A stretch of DNA of 64,000 nt, taken from IMG/VR virus record IMGVR_UViG_3300027977_000007, one strand, 5' to 3'. The notes beneath the pieces are model-generated. The model was not told the origin of the DNA, made no database searches, and saw nothing but the letters and a program-made list of their open reading frames with translations. The stretch is from a virus. Below are positions 1-10,070 of this stretch, piece by piece. The stretch's first letter is position 1, and every line of letters starts with the position of its first letter. The position numbers were made by a program, and so were the translations under genes.

Positions 1-1
1 A

Positions 2-397
2 AGCGAAGGCGCTAGTATTGATGATGTTAACTCAGCTATTGAGGGTAAGTATAATGTAAATATTCTATACCGTGATAATGTAGATACACCACCAAGCAAG
101 CGTTATATTCAAGTTTATAACTTAAGTAAAACAAAAGCTGGTAATGATGCGATAAGAGCTTATCAAATTTTTGGTGGTTCTAAGACAACACCAAAAACTG
201 GTGCGTGGAAGATTTTTAGACTTGACAGAATCGAAGGTTGGTACCCAACAAATATGAAGTGGCAAAAACCAGTATCGGATTTAGATTCTAGTATACCTAA
301 GTATAATCAAAACGGTGATAGAACTATGTCAACGGTTATAAATAAAGTAAACGTAGCTCAAAAACCAGAATTACAACAACAACAACAAGCATTTTAA
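2..397 (+). CDS. WYL-domain protein (5'-truncated by window edge)
   Basis: Open frame from nt 2 to TAA at 395-397, not in the ORF track; reads ...KRYIQVYNL...IRAYQ...WKIFRLDRIEGW, the WYL 'FRLDRI' signature. Confidence 0.75.
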   Translation, partial: SEGASIDDVNSAIEGKYNVNILYRDNVDTPPSKRYIQVYNLSKTKAGNDAIRAYQIFGGSKTTPKTGAWKIFRLDRIEGWYPTNMKWQKPVSDLDSSIPKYNQNGDRTMSTVINKVNVAQKPELQQQQQAF

Positions 398-398
398 T

Positions 399-992
399 AT
401 GGAACAAACACCACCACCAGTAGATATAAACAAATTAAGGGGTATATTAGGTAAGGCTAAACAAGTCATGCATAAAGTAGAAGACACGAAGCCAATAAAA
501 TCTTCTCCAAACGGCAATAGTTATGTTACTGAAAACTATGAACAAACAAGCCCTATTTATAGTCCTAATGATGAGCGTGAACCAGTTTATGCAACACCTA
601 CGCTAGCAGATTACAGACCAACAAATACACAACCAGCTAGCTACTCCAAAGAACAAATAATGGCTTCTAACTTACCTCAAGCTATTAAGGAAGCGATGAT
701 TAATAAACCAATACCACAACTAAGTGGACCTAATCATACATTCTCATTACACGATATTGGCTCATTAGACCCAGAACCAGTACGACAAAAACCAAGAGTG
801 AATGAGGGTATTGGTCAGAAGCCTAGTAATATGATTACAATTTCTGAAGGTAGATTGAATGAAATGATAGAAGAAAAAGTTAATGAAGTTCTACAGAGAA
901 TATTACTTAAAAATATAACAGAACAAACAATTAAGAAGACGGTTACTACGCTCATGAGGGAAGGTAAATTAGTAACCAAAAAGAAAATATAA
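399..992 (+). CDS. hypothetical phage protein
   Basis: 197-aa ORF abutting the upstream gene and followed by a terminator. Confidence 0.7.
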   Translation: MEQTPPPVDINKLRGILGKAKQVMHKVEDTKPIKSSPNGNSYVTENYEQTSPIYSPNDEREPVYATPTLADYRPTNTQPASYSKEQIMASNLPQAIKEAMINKPIPQLSGPNHTFSLHDIGSLDPEPVRQKPRVNEGIGQKPSNMITISEGRLNEMIEEKVNEVLQRILLKNITEQTIKKTVTTLMREGKLVTKKKI

Positions 993-994
993 TT

Positions 995-1020
995 AAAAAG
1001 GCCAAATTTGGCCTTTTTTT
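995..1020 (+). terminator. rho-independent terminator
   Basis: AAAAAGGCCA-AATT-TGGCC followed by T7. Confidence 0.8.
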
Positions 1021-1068
1021 ATTTACTAATGTTTTGGATTAATTATATTAGGGTATTAAACTAATATA

Positions 1069-2334
1069 ATGAAAAAATTAAGAGTCTTAGTAGTCCCTAG
1101 TGACAGAACTGGCGTTAGCCATTTTCGCAGTACAAACCCACATTTAGCGTTGGAAAATAACTATCCAGATGAGTTTCATGTGGATATTGATTATGAACCA
1201 GAATTAGATAATGATGCTTGGTTAAAACAATATGATATAATTCATTATCATAGAACACTAGGACCATATCAAAATATGAAGGCCCTATTGGCTAGGCTAA
1301 AGGCTTTAAATATAGTTACGATAATGGATATTGATGATTATTGGGAGCCTGGAAAACATCACCCAGCATATGAACTAATTAAATCAAGTGGACTAGACGC
1401 TATGATTAAAGCTAATATAGTATTAGCTGAGAACGTAACAACTACCACACCAATATTTGCTGATGAAATAAAGCCACTGAATAAGAATGTTTTTGTTCTA
1501 CCAAATGCAATTAATCCAAAGGAAGAACAATTTACACCTAAGTTGGAACCTTCAGATAAAATACGTATTGGATGGTTAGGTGGTTCCAGTCATAGATATG
1601 ATTTAGAAATTCTAAACGGCTTGGTATCTAAATTACAAACAGCTGGTCTACTCGATAAGATACAATTTGTATTATGTGGCTTCGATACTAGAGGTTCACA
1701 TACAACCATCGACCCAGTTACGAAACAACAAACCGTTAGACCCATAACACCAAAAGAAAGTGTTTGGTATACATATGAGCGTATCTTCACTGATGACTAT
1801 AGAATAGTTAGTCCAGAGTATAAGGAATATCTAATGAAGTTTACTCAAGAGGAATATCCAAATGTTCATAATGAACCATATCGTAGAGTTTGGACCAAAC
1901 ACATATCAACATATGCGACTAATTATAATCTATTTGATATATCACTAGCACCAATCGAAGAACATATTTTTAATAAATGTAAGAGTCAATTAAAGGTAAT
2001 TGAAGCTGGTTTTCATAATAAAGCAATCATTGCCCAAAACTATGGCCCATATCAAATTGATTTAACCAATGCTATCGAATATGGTGGTGTTTTTAATGAT
2101 GAGGCTACTGGTATCTTGATTGATACGAGCAAGAATCATAGTGATTGGTTTAATGCCATTAAGAAGCTTGTTAAGAACCCAGAAATGATTGGAATTCTAC
2201 AAAATAACCTTTCTACTAAGATTAAGGATATTTATTCAATAGATAACGTTACTAAACAGAGAAAAGAACTGTATCAAAGCTTGGTTAGTGAGATGCAAAG
2301 TAAAAAAGAATTAGAGTATGCAAAAGAAAACTAA
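1069..2334 (+). CDS. glycosyltransferase, GT-B/GT4-like
   Basis: DIDDYW, IGWLGGSSH, DISLAP...FNKCKSQLKVIEAG motifs. Confidence 0.8.
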   Translation: MKKLRVLVVPSDRTGVSHFRSTNPHLALENNYPDEFHVDIDYEPELDNDAWLKQYDIIHYHRTLGPYQNMKALLARLKALNIVTIMDIDDYWEPGKHHPAYELIKSSGLDAMIKANIVLAENVTTTTPIFADEIKPLNKNVFVLPNAINPKEEQFTPKLEPSDKIRIGWLGGSSHRYDLEILNGLVSKLQTAGLLDKIQFVLCGFDTRGSHTTIDPVTKQQTVRPITPKESVWYTYERIFTDDYRIVSPEYKEYLMKFTQEEYPNVHNEPYRRVWTKHISTYATNYNLFDISLAPIEEHIFNKCKSQLKVIEAGFHNKAIIAQNYGPYQIDLTNAIEYGGVFNDEATGILIDTSKNHSDWFNAIKKLVKNPEMIGILQNNLSTKIKDIYSIDNVTKQRKELYQSLVSEMQSKKELEYAKEN

Positions 2335-2995
2335 AAATAATAATTTTTGGGTAAAGCTATATGTATTTTATCTAAGTATTAAAAGTAGATTTTTTATTGA
2401 ACCTTATCTTAGGTACAAAGAAAATACATCTAAAGCCAAAAAACAAAAGGAATATATACGTGGTTTTAATTCTCTTACTGGTGTAGATTACACTAGAGTA
2501 TTATCTATAATGGATAAAGATAAAAATAGACCAGATAATTATTATGAACATATAAATGAAGAATTAACAAAGCATCGTAAATTGATGCAATCTCAAAAAT
2601 TTAGCTATACACCAAAATTTTATGAGCCAGAGATTATTGACATACATAATGAAAACTTAAATCCAAATGCGCCAAGTCTTTTGGAATTGATATACAAGGA
2701 AGAACTAAATGGTTTAAAACAATTGTATAAACAGGAACGGGACCTTGGGTATCATCCACGAAGTTGTTATGCACCTTCATCTAAAACTGAAGACGTAGCA
2801 ATAAAAGCTGCTAAGGTTGAAAGCTTCAATGATTTAGAAACCAAAATAAATAACATTCTTAAATTGGAACATGAATTATCATATATGTCTAAATTTATAC
2901 CTATAATTGGGGTTGCTGGTACCAAAAATGAGATTAAACCAATTAAAAAAAGTTGGTATAAACCTATGGGTAATTTATTTAAAAATAAATCTTAA
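2318..2995 (+). CDS. hypothetical protein
   Basis: 225-aa ORF overlapping the upstream stop; no recognisable motif. Confidence 0.55.
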   Translation: MQKKTKNNNFWVKLYVFYLSIKSRFFIEPYLRYKENTSKAKKQKEYIRGFNSLTGVDYTRVLSIMDKDKNRPDNYYEHINEELTKHRKLMQSQKFSYTPKFYEPEIIDIHNENLNPNAPSLLELIYKEELNGLKQLYKQERDLGYHPRSCYAPSSKTEDVAIKAAKVESFNDLETKINNILKLEHELSYMSKFIPIIGVAGTKNEIKPIKKSWYKPMGNLFKNKS

Positions 2996-3002
2996 ATCTG
3001 AC

Positions 3003-3033
3003 TTGTTAGTTTGAAAAATTTGTAGTAGCTTTG
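3003..3033 (+). promoter_or_regulatory. Bacteroidota-type housekeeping promoter (-33 TTG / -7 TAGCTTTG)
   Basis: TTG at 3003-3005, 20-nt spacer, TAGCTTTG at 3026-3033. Confidence 0.7.
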
Positions 3034-3067
3034 TAACTATATAACGAGTTATAATAAAAAAATACAA

Positions 3068-3631
3068 ATGGCATTAGACCAAACTAAGATTGTCGCTAAC
3101 ACAAAGAAATATTTTGATACAGCGATAAAGAACGGGTTCATGAACGATGAACTAATGACCTTCCTAGGTGAAGATTTTATAAAGGCACCAGCCTCATCAA
3201 TGACAGAATATCATAATGCTTTTGAAGGTGGTCTAGTTGACCACCTTTTAAGGGTTGCATCGTATGCTGTTAAAATAAACAATGCCTTACCAGAAGAAGA
3301 TAGAGTTGACCAAACATCTTTATTAAAGGTATGTTTATTACACGGCATTGGTAAAGCAAAGCTATATGTACCATGCAAATCTGAATGGCATCGTAAAAAC
3401 TTAGGTAAGATGTATGAGTTTAATGAGGATATCACATCTATGCGTGTTAGTGAACGTAGTGCTTATTATGTATTATCACATGGTATTACACTAACCGATG
3501 AAGAATATGCCGCTATTTTATTCTTCGATAAGACTGACGACAAGATGTCAGAATACCATAACTCAATGGTTGGCGAATTACTTAAGATGGGTAATGTATT
3601 AGCAATCAAAAACGCTCAAAAAAATAATTAA
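3068..3631 (+). CDS. HD-domain phosphohydrolase (YhaM-like)
   Basis: APAS..YHNAFEGGLVDH...LLHGIGK (HD position reads HG). Confidence 0.75.
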   Translation: MALDQTKIVANTKKYFDTAIKNGFMNDELMTFLGEDFIKAPASSMTEYHNAFEGGLVDHLLRVASYAVKINNALPEEDRVDQTSLLKVCLLHGIGKAKLYVPCKSEWHRKNLGKMYEFNEDITSMRVSERSAYYVLSHGITLTDEEYAAILFFDKTDDKMSEYHNSMVGELLKMGNVLAIKNAQKNN

Positions 3632-4206
3632 TGGATACCATCGAAAAAATGAGGTTAAGAATCCAAGAGATTGCTGACCCAAATAATCCATATTCTCAAG
3701 AAGATTTTGACGTTGAGTTTTCAAGCAAAAATTTTACACATGATACCTCTACTTACAAGATAAGTGTTGGTTTTAAGAATGAATCAGATAACCAAGACCC
3801 AGAATACGCAACCTCTGGGTCTTCTGGTTTTGATTTAAGGGCCAATACCCAAACACCAATCATCCTCAAGGCTGGTAATCGAGCCATTATACCAACAGGT
3901 TTGTATTTTGAACTACCAGATAACTTTGAGTTACAAATACGACCACGCAGCGGTCTAGCCGCTAAGAATGGTGTAACAGTGTTAAACACACCAGGTACCG
4001 TTGACGCTGATTATCGTGGTGAAGTTAAGGTGATTTTAATTAATCTATCCACTGAAGATTTCGTTATAAATCATGGCGATAGAATCGCACAAGGTGTACT
4101 AGCAACCGTAACTAGTAAGAATGTTATTAATTTACTAAAACGAGATAATATCTCATCAAACACTGAACGTGGTTCAGGTGGCTTTGGTTCAACAGGTATA
4201 TCATAA
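3631..4206 (+). CDS. dut: trimeric dUTPase
   Basis: SGFDLRA, RPRSGLA, GTVDADYRGE, RIAQ, RGSGGFGSTG: all five motifs. Confidence 0.97.
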   Translation: MDTIEKMRLRIQEIADPNNPYSQEDFDVEFSSKNFTHDTSTYKISVGFKNESDNQDPEYATSGSSGFDLRANTQTPIILKAGNRAIIPTGLYFELPDNFELQIRPRSGLAAKNGVTVLNTPGTVDADYRGEVKVILINLSTEDFVINHGDRIAQGVLATVTSKNVINLLKRDNISSNTERGSGGFGSTGIS

Positions 4207-4222
4207 TAAAAACAAATAATAT

Positions 4223-5218
4223 ATGGAAAAATTAGATTTTGATGACTTATTAATTGAGCCAGCTAGTGCAACATCTATAGAGAGTCGTAAAGCTTGTTGG
4301 TTATACCAAGACGCTGGGTATTTACCCTTGATTACAGCACCAATGGATACTGTAATTGATAATGAAAATATGGGGGTATTTGATGATTTGGATATAATCA
4401 CTTGCTTACCTAGAGGTCTTAAAAACCCAAATGGTTTTGAGTCTTATTCATTAAAGGAATTTAATGATGAATTTCTTAATTCTAATCTTAGAACGAATGG
4501 TAAATACCTAATCGATATAGCTAATGGACATATGACCAGTCTATGTGAAACCATCCAAGTGATTAAAAAACATCACCCTACGATGACTATAATGGCTGGA
4601 AATATTGCTAATCCATCAACGTATATTGCATTATCAAATGCTGGTGCTGATTATGTTAGATGTGGTATTGGAAATGGTGCTGGTTGTTCGACCACATTAC
4701 AAACTGGTGTTGGTTACCCAATGGCCTCGCTTATATCTGAATGTTATGAAGCATCATTGAGCTTAGATAAACCAGCATTAATAGTAGCTGACGGTGGTAT
4801 GCAAAAATACGCTGATATTATTAAAGCCTTAGCGTTAGGTGCTGATTATGTTATGGTTGGTAGTCTTTTTAATAAGGCTATTGAATCTTGTGGTGATAAC
4901 TACTTATGGGGTAAGATTAAGGTGTCACAACATATAGCTGAGTTAGCTTACGCTTCAAAGATACCCGTATATAAAAAATTCCGTGGTATGTCAACCAAAG
5001 AAGTCCAAAAAAAATGGGGCAAGGAAACCTTGACAACTTCAGAAGGTGTTATTAGATTTAGAAAGGTTGAATATACCTTAGCTGGATGGACAAGAAACTT
5101 CAAAGATTATCTAAGTTCTGCTATGAGCTATACCAACTCAGATAATTTATCTTACTTTATTGGTCAAGTAAAATTAAATAGAATAACAAATAACGCATAT
5201 AATAGATTTAAGAAATAA
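4223..5218 (+). CDS. IMP dehydrogenase/GMP reductase family
   Basis: APMDTV, IDIANGH, GIGNGAGCST catalytic loop, ADGG, FRGMST, SAMSY; no CBS domains. Confidence 0.9.
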   Translation: MEKLDFDDLLIEPASATSIESRKACWLYQDAGYLPLITAPMDTVIDNENMGVFDDLDIITCLPRGLKNPNGFESYSLKEFNDEFLNSNLRTNGKYLIDIANGHMTSLCETIQVIKKHHPTMTIMAGNIANPSTYIALSNAGADYVRCGIGNGAGCSTTLQTGVGYPMASLISECYEASLSLDKPALIVADGGMQKYADIIKALALGADYVMVGSLFNKAIESCGDNYLWGKIKVSQHIAELAYASKIPVYKKFRGMSTKEVQKKWGKETLTTSEGVIRFRKVEYTLAGWTRNFKDYLSSAMSYTNSDNLSYFIGQVKLNRITNNAYNRFKK

Positions 5219-6861
5219 TGATATCAATAATATACTGCACAAGAGAAACCAATCCAGAACACAAGGCTCATTTAGCTAAGACATGTGGTCTAGATAAACA
5301 TCTTGAAATCATTGAGATAGTTAATAATGGTGAGAGCCTAACAAGTGCGTATAATCGTGGCTTAAAACAAGCCAAGAATGATATCGTTGTTTTTTGTCAC
5401 GATGATTTAAGTATTGAAACTAAGCAATGGGGTACCAAGCTTATTAAGCTATTTAAAAACAATCCAGAATACGGTATAATTGGGGTTGCTGGAACCAAGC
5501 AAGTACCATCAAGTGGAATTTGGTGGGAAAACCCTAGAAAGATGTACGGGCGTGTTTCACACACACATGAGGGTAAGACTTGGTTATCATCTTATTCTGA
5601 TGACTTGGGTCATGAAATTGAAGAAACGGTAATCGTTGATGGTGTATTTTTTGCTATTGATAAATCCAGAATCAAAAAAACCTTTAACGAGGACGTACAA
5701 GGCTTCCATTTTTATGACCTTACCTTTTGTTATGAAAACCATTTGGAGGGCGTTAAGGTGGGTGTTACGACCTTAATACGGATAAATCACAGGTCTATTG
5801 GTGCGACAAATGAAGAATGGGAAAAAAATAGAGCACAATTTAGTGAATCTTTTAAAGAAACCCTACCAAAAGAAATTAAGAGAGTATTACGTAAGGGTGA
5901 AAAATTAAGGGTATTAATTGGTTGTTTAAATTTTACCAATCTAACTGGTTCTGAACTATATGTTTACGAATTGGCTAAGCAATTGGTTAAAGAGGGTTGT
6001 GAGGTAACTATATGTTCAAACATAGGTAAGCCGATGTTAGATATGGTAAAGCCACTTGGTATAAAGCTATATTCACTACAAGAACCACCTAACTATAAGC
6101 TAGGTGATGGTAAATGGTTATTAAAGACACAAAATGGTGATGTTGTATCGCAAGAGAATACATTATATCGTATTGGTAATACCACGTTTGATGTAATGCA
6201 TTTAAATCATAAACCAATAACCGAGCATCTATTAAGGTTATTTCCAGAGGTTCCAGCTATTTGTACAATACATTCTGAGGTTATCGCTTTGGAGGAACCC
6301 GTAGTATCCCCACAAATAAAGAAATACCTAGCAATTAGACCTGAGATTAAGGACCATATAGTTAAGCGATATGGTATAACTGAGGATATTGTTAGCGTTA
6401 TTTACAATCCAATAGATAACACTAAGTTTAAATCAGTACCATCGGTAAAAAAACGAGATAAAAAACGTGTATTATTTGTTGGTACGATTGACTATTTGCG
6501 TAAGAATTCAATCAATAATTTGATACAAAAAACTGCTGATAATAATCAAGAACTCTGGTTGGTTGGTCAATATAACGGTGTTACGGAATCTGAATTAAAT
6601 ATGGGGCCACACGTAAGTTATTTTCCACCAACATCTAGTATTGAAAAATATATACAAGAATGTGATGAAACTGCTGGTATACTATTAGGTAGAACAACCA
6701 TTGAAGGTTGGATGTGTGGTAAGAAAGGGTGGATATATGATGTTGACTCATCTGGTACAATACTTAGCAGTTCATTACATGATGTTCCGACAGATATAGA
6801 TAAATTTTATGCCAATAATGTAGTCAAAGAAATAATAGAAGAATATAAATCAATATTGTAA
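5218..6861 (+). CDS. fused GT2-like + GT4-like glycosyltransferase
   Basis: N-terminal YNRG...FCHDD...FHFYD; C-terminal GSELYVYELA, IYNPID, GRTTIEG. Confidence 0.8.
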   Translation: MISIIYCTRETNPEHKAHLAKTCGLDKHLEIIEIVNNGESLTSAYNRGLKQAKNDIVVFCHDDLSIETKQWGTKLIKLFKNNPEYGIIGVAGTKQVPSSGIWWENPRKMYGRVSHTHEGKTWLSSYSDDLGHEIEETVIVDGVFFAIDKSRIKKTFNEDVQGFHFYDLTFCYENHLEGVKVGVTTLIRINHRSIGATNEEWEKNRAQFSESFKETLPKEIKRVLRKGEKLRVLIGCLNFTNLTGSELYVYELAKQLVKEGCEVTICSNIGKPMLDMVKPLGIKLYSLQEPPNYKLGDGKWLLKTQNGDVVSQENTLYRIGNTTFDVMHLNHKPITEHLLRLFPEVPAICTIHSEVIALEEPVVSPQIKKYLAIRPEIKDHIVKRYGITEDIVSVIYNPIDNTKFKSVPSVKKRDKKRVLFVGTIDYLRKNSINNLIQKTADNNQELWLVGQYNGVTESELNMGPHVSYFPPTSSIEKYIQECDETAGILLGRTTIEGWMCGKKGWIYDVDSSGTILSSSLHDVPTDIDKFYANNVVKEIIEEYKSIL

Positions 6862-7847
6862 TGAGTAGCATTAAGGAATGGTTACGGAGTAAAGTGGCTT
6901 CAGTATTTATATCATTATCTAACGTAGAGAAGAATACTATAACGCAAGGTTCTGACCAAGTAAGTAATGATACACACTACACTAGAAGGAATACGCAGGG
7001 TACCTTAGCTGATTCGTTAATCAATGGTGAGGTTACCCAAGAAGTACAAAACTTGCGTTGGAGAACCTATAATATATTGAATCAAGTTTCTGGGTATAAG
7101 TCCAAAGTAGTTGGTTATGATGAAGATGGCCTACCAGTAACTGAAATGGTTAAATTAGATGTGAGCAAAGAACTAGATAATATTAAATTAGATACTGCTG
7201 ATTCTTATGTATTAGAGATGGTTGTCGATAATTCTGAAATTACCAACAATACTAATGATATAATGTTTGGTAAACATTTATTGGTATATGATACCCCTAA
7301 GATTATGTTTGGTGAGCTTAACACTAGTGACGATAAAATACCAGAGGCTGTTGAAAAATTTGCGTCACATGGTACAATTAATGACACCGAATACCATGCA
7401 ATTAATAAAACAGAAAAACCATTATTTGTTGGTCGTGACTTTTTTCCTAAGTTTAATATTGAAGATTACACAACCAAATTAAATATTAGAAGAATTGATG
7501 AAGAACATAGACTACTAGAATTTTATGTTAGTAAGTACCCAGATACCCATAGGAAGAACTCTGGGTTATTCATTAAAGAAGTAACAAAGGCAATAGCTAA
7601 TCCAACCCACATTAACTTTTTAGAGATAAAAAATGTATCATTTGTTACTGATAATACGATTGGTGCTAGTAACTACTTAAGATTTACTTATGATATACTT
7701 AAGTTTGACAAGATAGTTGAATTTAATGGCTCTTACGTTATTAAATTTATCGGCAAGGTAAGCATTAATGGGGTAAATATCTTTGAAGAATTTAGGGTTA
7801 CTGAGCTGGATGATAAATATAAAAATAAAGAAACCAAGAATCGATGA
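6861..7847 (+). CDS. hypothetical protein
   Basis: 328-aa ORF, translationally coupled on both sides. Confidence 0.65.
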   Translation: MSSIKEWLRSKVASVFISLSNVEKNTITQGSDQVSNDTHYTRRNTQGTLADSLINGEVTQEVQNLRWRTYNILNQVSGYKSKVVGYDEDGLPVTEMVKLDVSKELDNIKLDTADSYVLEMVVDNSEITNNTNDIMFGKHLLVYDTPKIMFGELNTSDDKIPEAVEKFASHGTINDTEYHAINKTEKPLFVGRDFFPKFNIEDYTTKLNIRRIDEEHRLLEFYVSKYPDTHRKNSGLFIKEVTKAIANPTHINFLEIKNVSFVTDNTIGASNYLRFTYDILKFDKIVEFNGSYVIKFIGKVSINGVNIFEEFRVTELDDKYKNKETKNR

Positions 7848-8503
7848 AACTACTAATAAAATTTCCAACTAGAAATAGACCACATAAATTCTTAAAGACT
7901 TTGCACACTTACATGCGTCATCTTTATGATAAAGATACTGAAATAATTGTAAGCTGTGACCTAGATGATACATCAATGTCTGAGTCTTATATAATAGATT
8001 TCGTCAGTCAATACCCAAATGTTAAGTTACATTATAGTAACAATAAATCAAAGATTGAAGCGGTAAATGCTGATTTAACAGATGTTGATTTTGATATTTT
8101 ATTATTGGCTTCTGATGATATGATTCCAATAATACAAGATTTTGATGTAATAATTAAAAATAAAATGATTGAACACTACCCAGATACCGATGGTGTTTTA
8201 TGGTTTAACGATGGTTACCAAGGCAATCGACTAAATACACTCTGTATCTTAGGTAAAAAATACTATGATAGATTTAATTATATTTATAACCCAGAATATA
8301 TTAGTGTATGGTCTGATAATGAATTTATGGATGTTGCCAATATATTAGGTAAACAAACTTACTTTGATGATGTAATTATACAACACCAACATCCAGATTG
8401 GGGTCATGGTACGCACGATGTCATACATACATTAAATAATAAGTATGGAGTACACGATAAAAAAATTTATGAAAATAGGCGAAATAATAATTTTTATTTA
8501 TGA
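7844..8503 (+). CDS. GT2-like glycosyltransferase
   Basis: IKFPTRNRP, LLASDDM, WSDNEF, HQHP. Confidence 0.75.
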   Translation: MKLLIKFPTRNRPHKFLKTLHTYMRHLYDKDTEIIVSCDLDDTSMSESYIIDFVSQYPNVKLHYSNNKSKIEAVNADLTDVDFDILLLASDDMIPIIQDFDVIIKNKMIEHYPDTDGVLWFNDGYQGNRLNTLCILGKKYYDRFNYIYNPEYISVWSDNEFMDVANILGKQTYFDDVIIQHQHPDWGHGTHDVIHTLNNKYGVHDKKIYENRRNNNFYL

Positions 8504-9330
8504 AGACGGCATTCAATACAATGTTAAAAAATGAAGCTAATATACTACCTGTTATATTAGAAATATGGAAAAAATATCCAATAGATTTATTTATATTTTA
8601 TGACGATAATTCAACTGATGAATCGGTTAAATTAATACGTGAAATTTTAGGTGAGGGTAGATATATAGTAATAAATGATAAATTAACCTTTTTTAACGAA
8701 TCACATAATCGACAACGAATGATTGATATCTCTAGAGACAATAACGTTGATATTGTTTTTTCTATTGATTGTGACGAATTGTTGTCAACAACAATTGTGG
8801 ATAACTTTACTAATTTTTTAAAAATCTACAATACACATGATATGTTTTTATTTTGGTATAATAGTGTTAACAATACAATAACTGAATATCGAACAGACCC
8901 ACAATATATAAATAATTATCGAAGTTTTATATTACCGCTGAATAAAACGGGTAACTTAGACACTAGTCAATTTAAATACCACACACCAAGAACACCAAAT
9001 GTTAATTTGCCCAAGATGTACAACAATGATTTTGGTATAATACATTTACAAGCACTTAACACTAAATATTACGCTATAAAACAGTTATGGTATAAACATC
9101 ATGAATTTGTCAATTATGGACATAGTGTTGAATTTATTAATTCAAGATATGATTCGGTTGTTAATAACTTGAATTTTAATGCAAAAAAAATTGACAATAG
9201 ATTAATAGAGGGTATTAATATTGACGTAAATATTTTTGAAGGATTGGAAAATGAAAAAGGTTACCTAAAATTTATTCAGGATAACTACAATGAAAAATTA
9301 ATAACATTTGGTAAAGAATTTTTAATATGA
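8500..9330 (+). CDS. GT2-like glycosyltransferase
   Basis: LKNEA, YDDNSTDES, IDCDE (DxD). Confidence 0.75.
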   Translation: MKTAFNTMLKNEANILPVILEIWKKYPIDLFIFYDDNSTDESVKLIREILGEGRYIVINDKLTFFNESHNRQRMIDISRDNNVDIVFSIDCDELLSTTIVDNFTNFLKIYNTHDMFLFWYNSVNNTITEYRTDPQYINNYRSFILPLNKTGNLDTSQFKYHTPRTPNVNLPKMYNNDFGIIHLQALNTKYYAIKQLWYKHHEFVNYGHSVEFINSRYDSVVNNLNFNAKKIDNRLIEGINIDVNIFEGLENEKGYLKFIQDNYNEKLITFGKEFLI

Positions 9331-10070
9331 ATGATTACACGATTGCTATAACTACGTTTTCTAAAAGATATGATTATGTTGTTAAACTTATAAAACAAAT
9401 TAGGTCTCACACTAATAAAACTATTGTCTTATCAATTAATGGTGAGAAAGATGGTATATTTAATGATGATTATCGTAAAAAAATACTTGAGTTATGCTCT
9501 AGTTATGAGAATGTATATCCATCATTTTTTATTGAGACTAGGGGGTTGTCAAAAATGTGGAATTCGTTATTGATTATGTCATATTATGATAATATACTAA
9601 TGTTAAATGATGATATTGAAATATTAGAATCAAACATATTTCAAACCGTTGAAAATCATATTAATTCAGACGCTTATCTTGGATTAACCAAAATTAATAA
9701 TTCATTTTCTCATTTTATCGTTAATAAAACTTTAATGGACCGAATTGGCTATTTTGATGAGCGATTATTAGGGTTTGGTGAGGAAGATGGTGATATAACG
9801 TATCGACTATTAAAAATTGGAATACCTATCATTAATATATCAGTAACTGGGGTTATTAATATTGTGACAAATATTAGACACGACCATATTACGGCTGGTA
9901 TTGGTAAATACTCAAAATTTAATAGGGATTTTATTTATAACTTTAAATATAGTCCAAATATGTCAAGTAATTATCGTGGTATGTTTGACACACCAATGGA
10001 CCAAAAGTTGCCAGATTTACATCAATACCCAACCGAACAATTTTTTCTAGAGAATAAATCTAAACTATAG
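9327..10070 (+). CDS. GT2-like glycosyltransferase
   Basis: IAITTF, LNDD, IGYFDERLLGFGEEDGD. Confidence 0.8.
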   Translation: MNDYTIAITTFSKRYDYVVKLIKQIRSHTNKTIVLSINGEKDGIFNDDYRKKILELCSSYENVYPSFFIETRGLSKMWNSLLIMSYYDNILMLNDDIEILESNIFQTVENHINSDAYLGLTKINNSFSHFIVNKTLMDRIGYFDERLLGFGEEDGDITYRLLKIGIPIINISVTGVINIVTNIRHDHITAGIGKYSKFNRDFIYNFKYSPNMSSNYRGMFDTPMDQKLPDLHQYPTEQFFLENKSKL

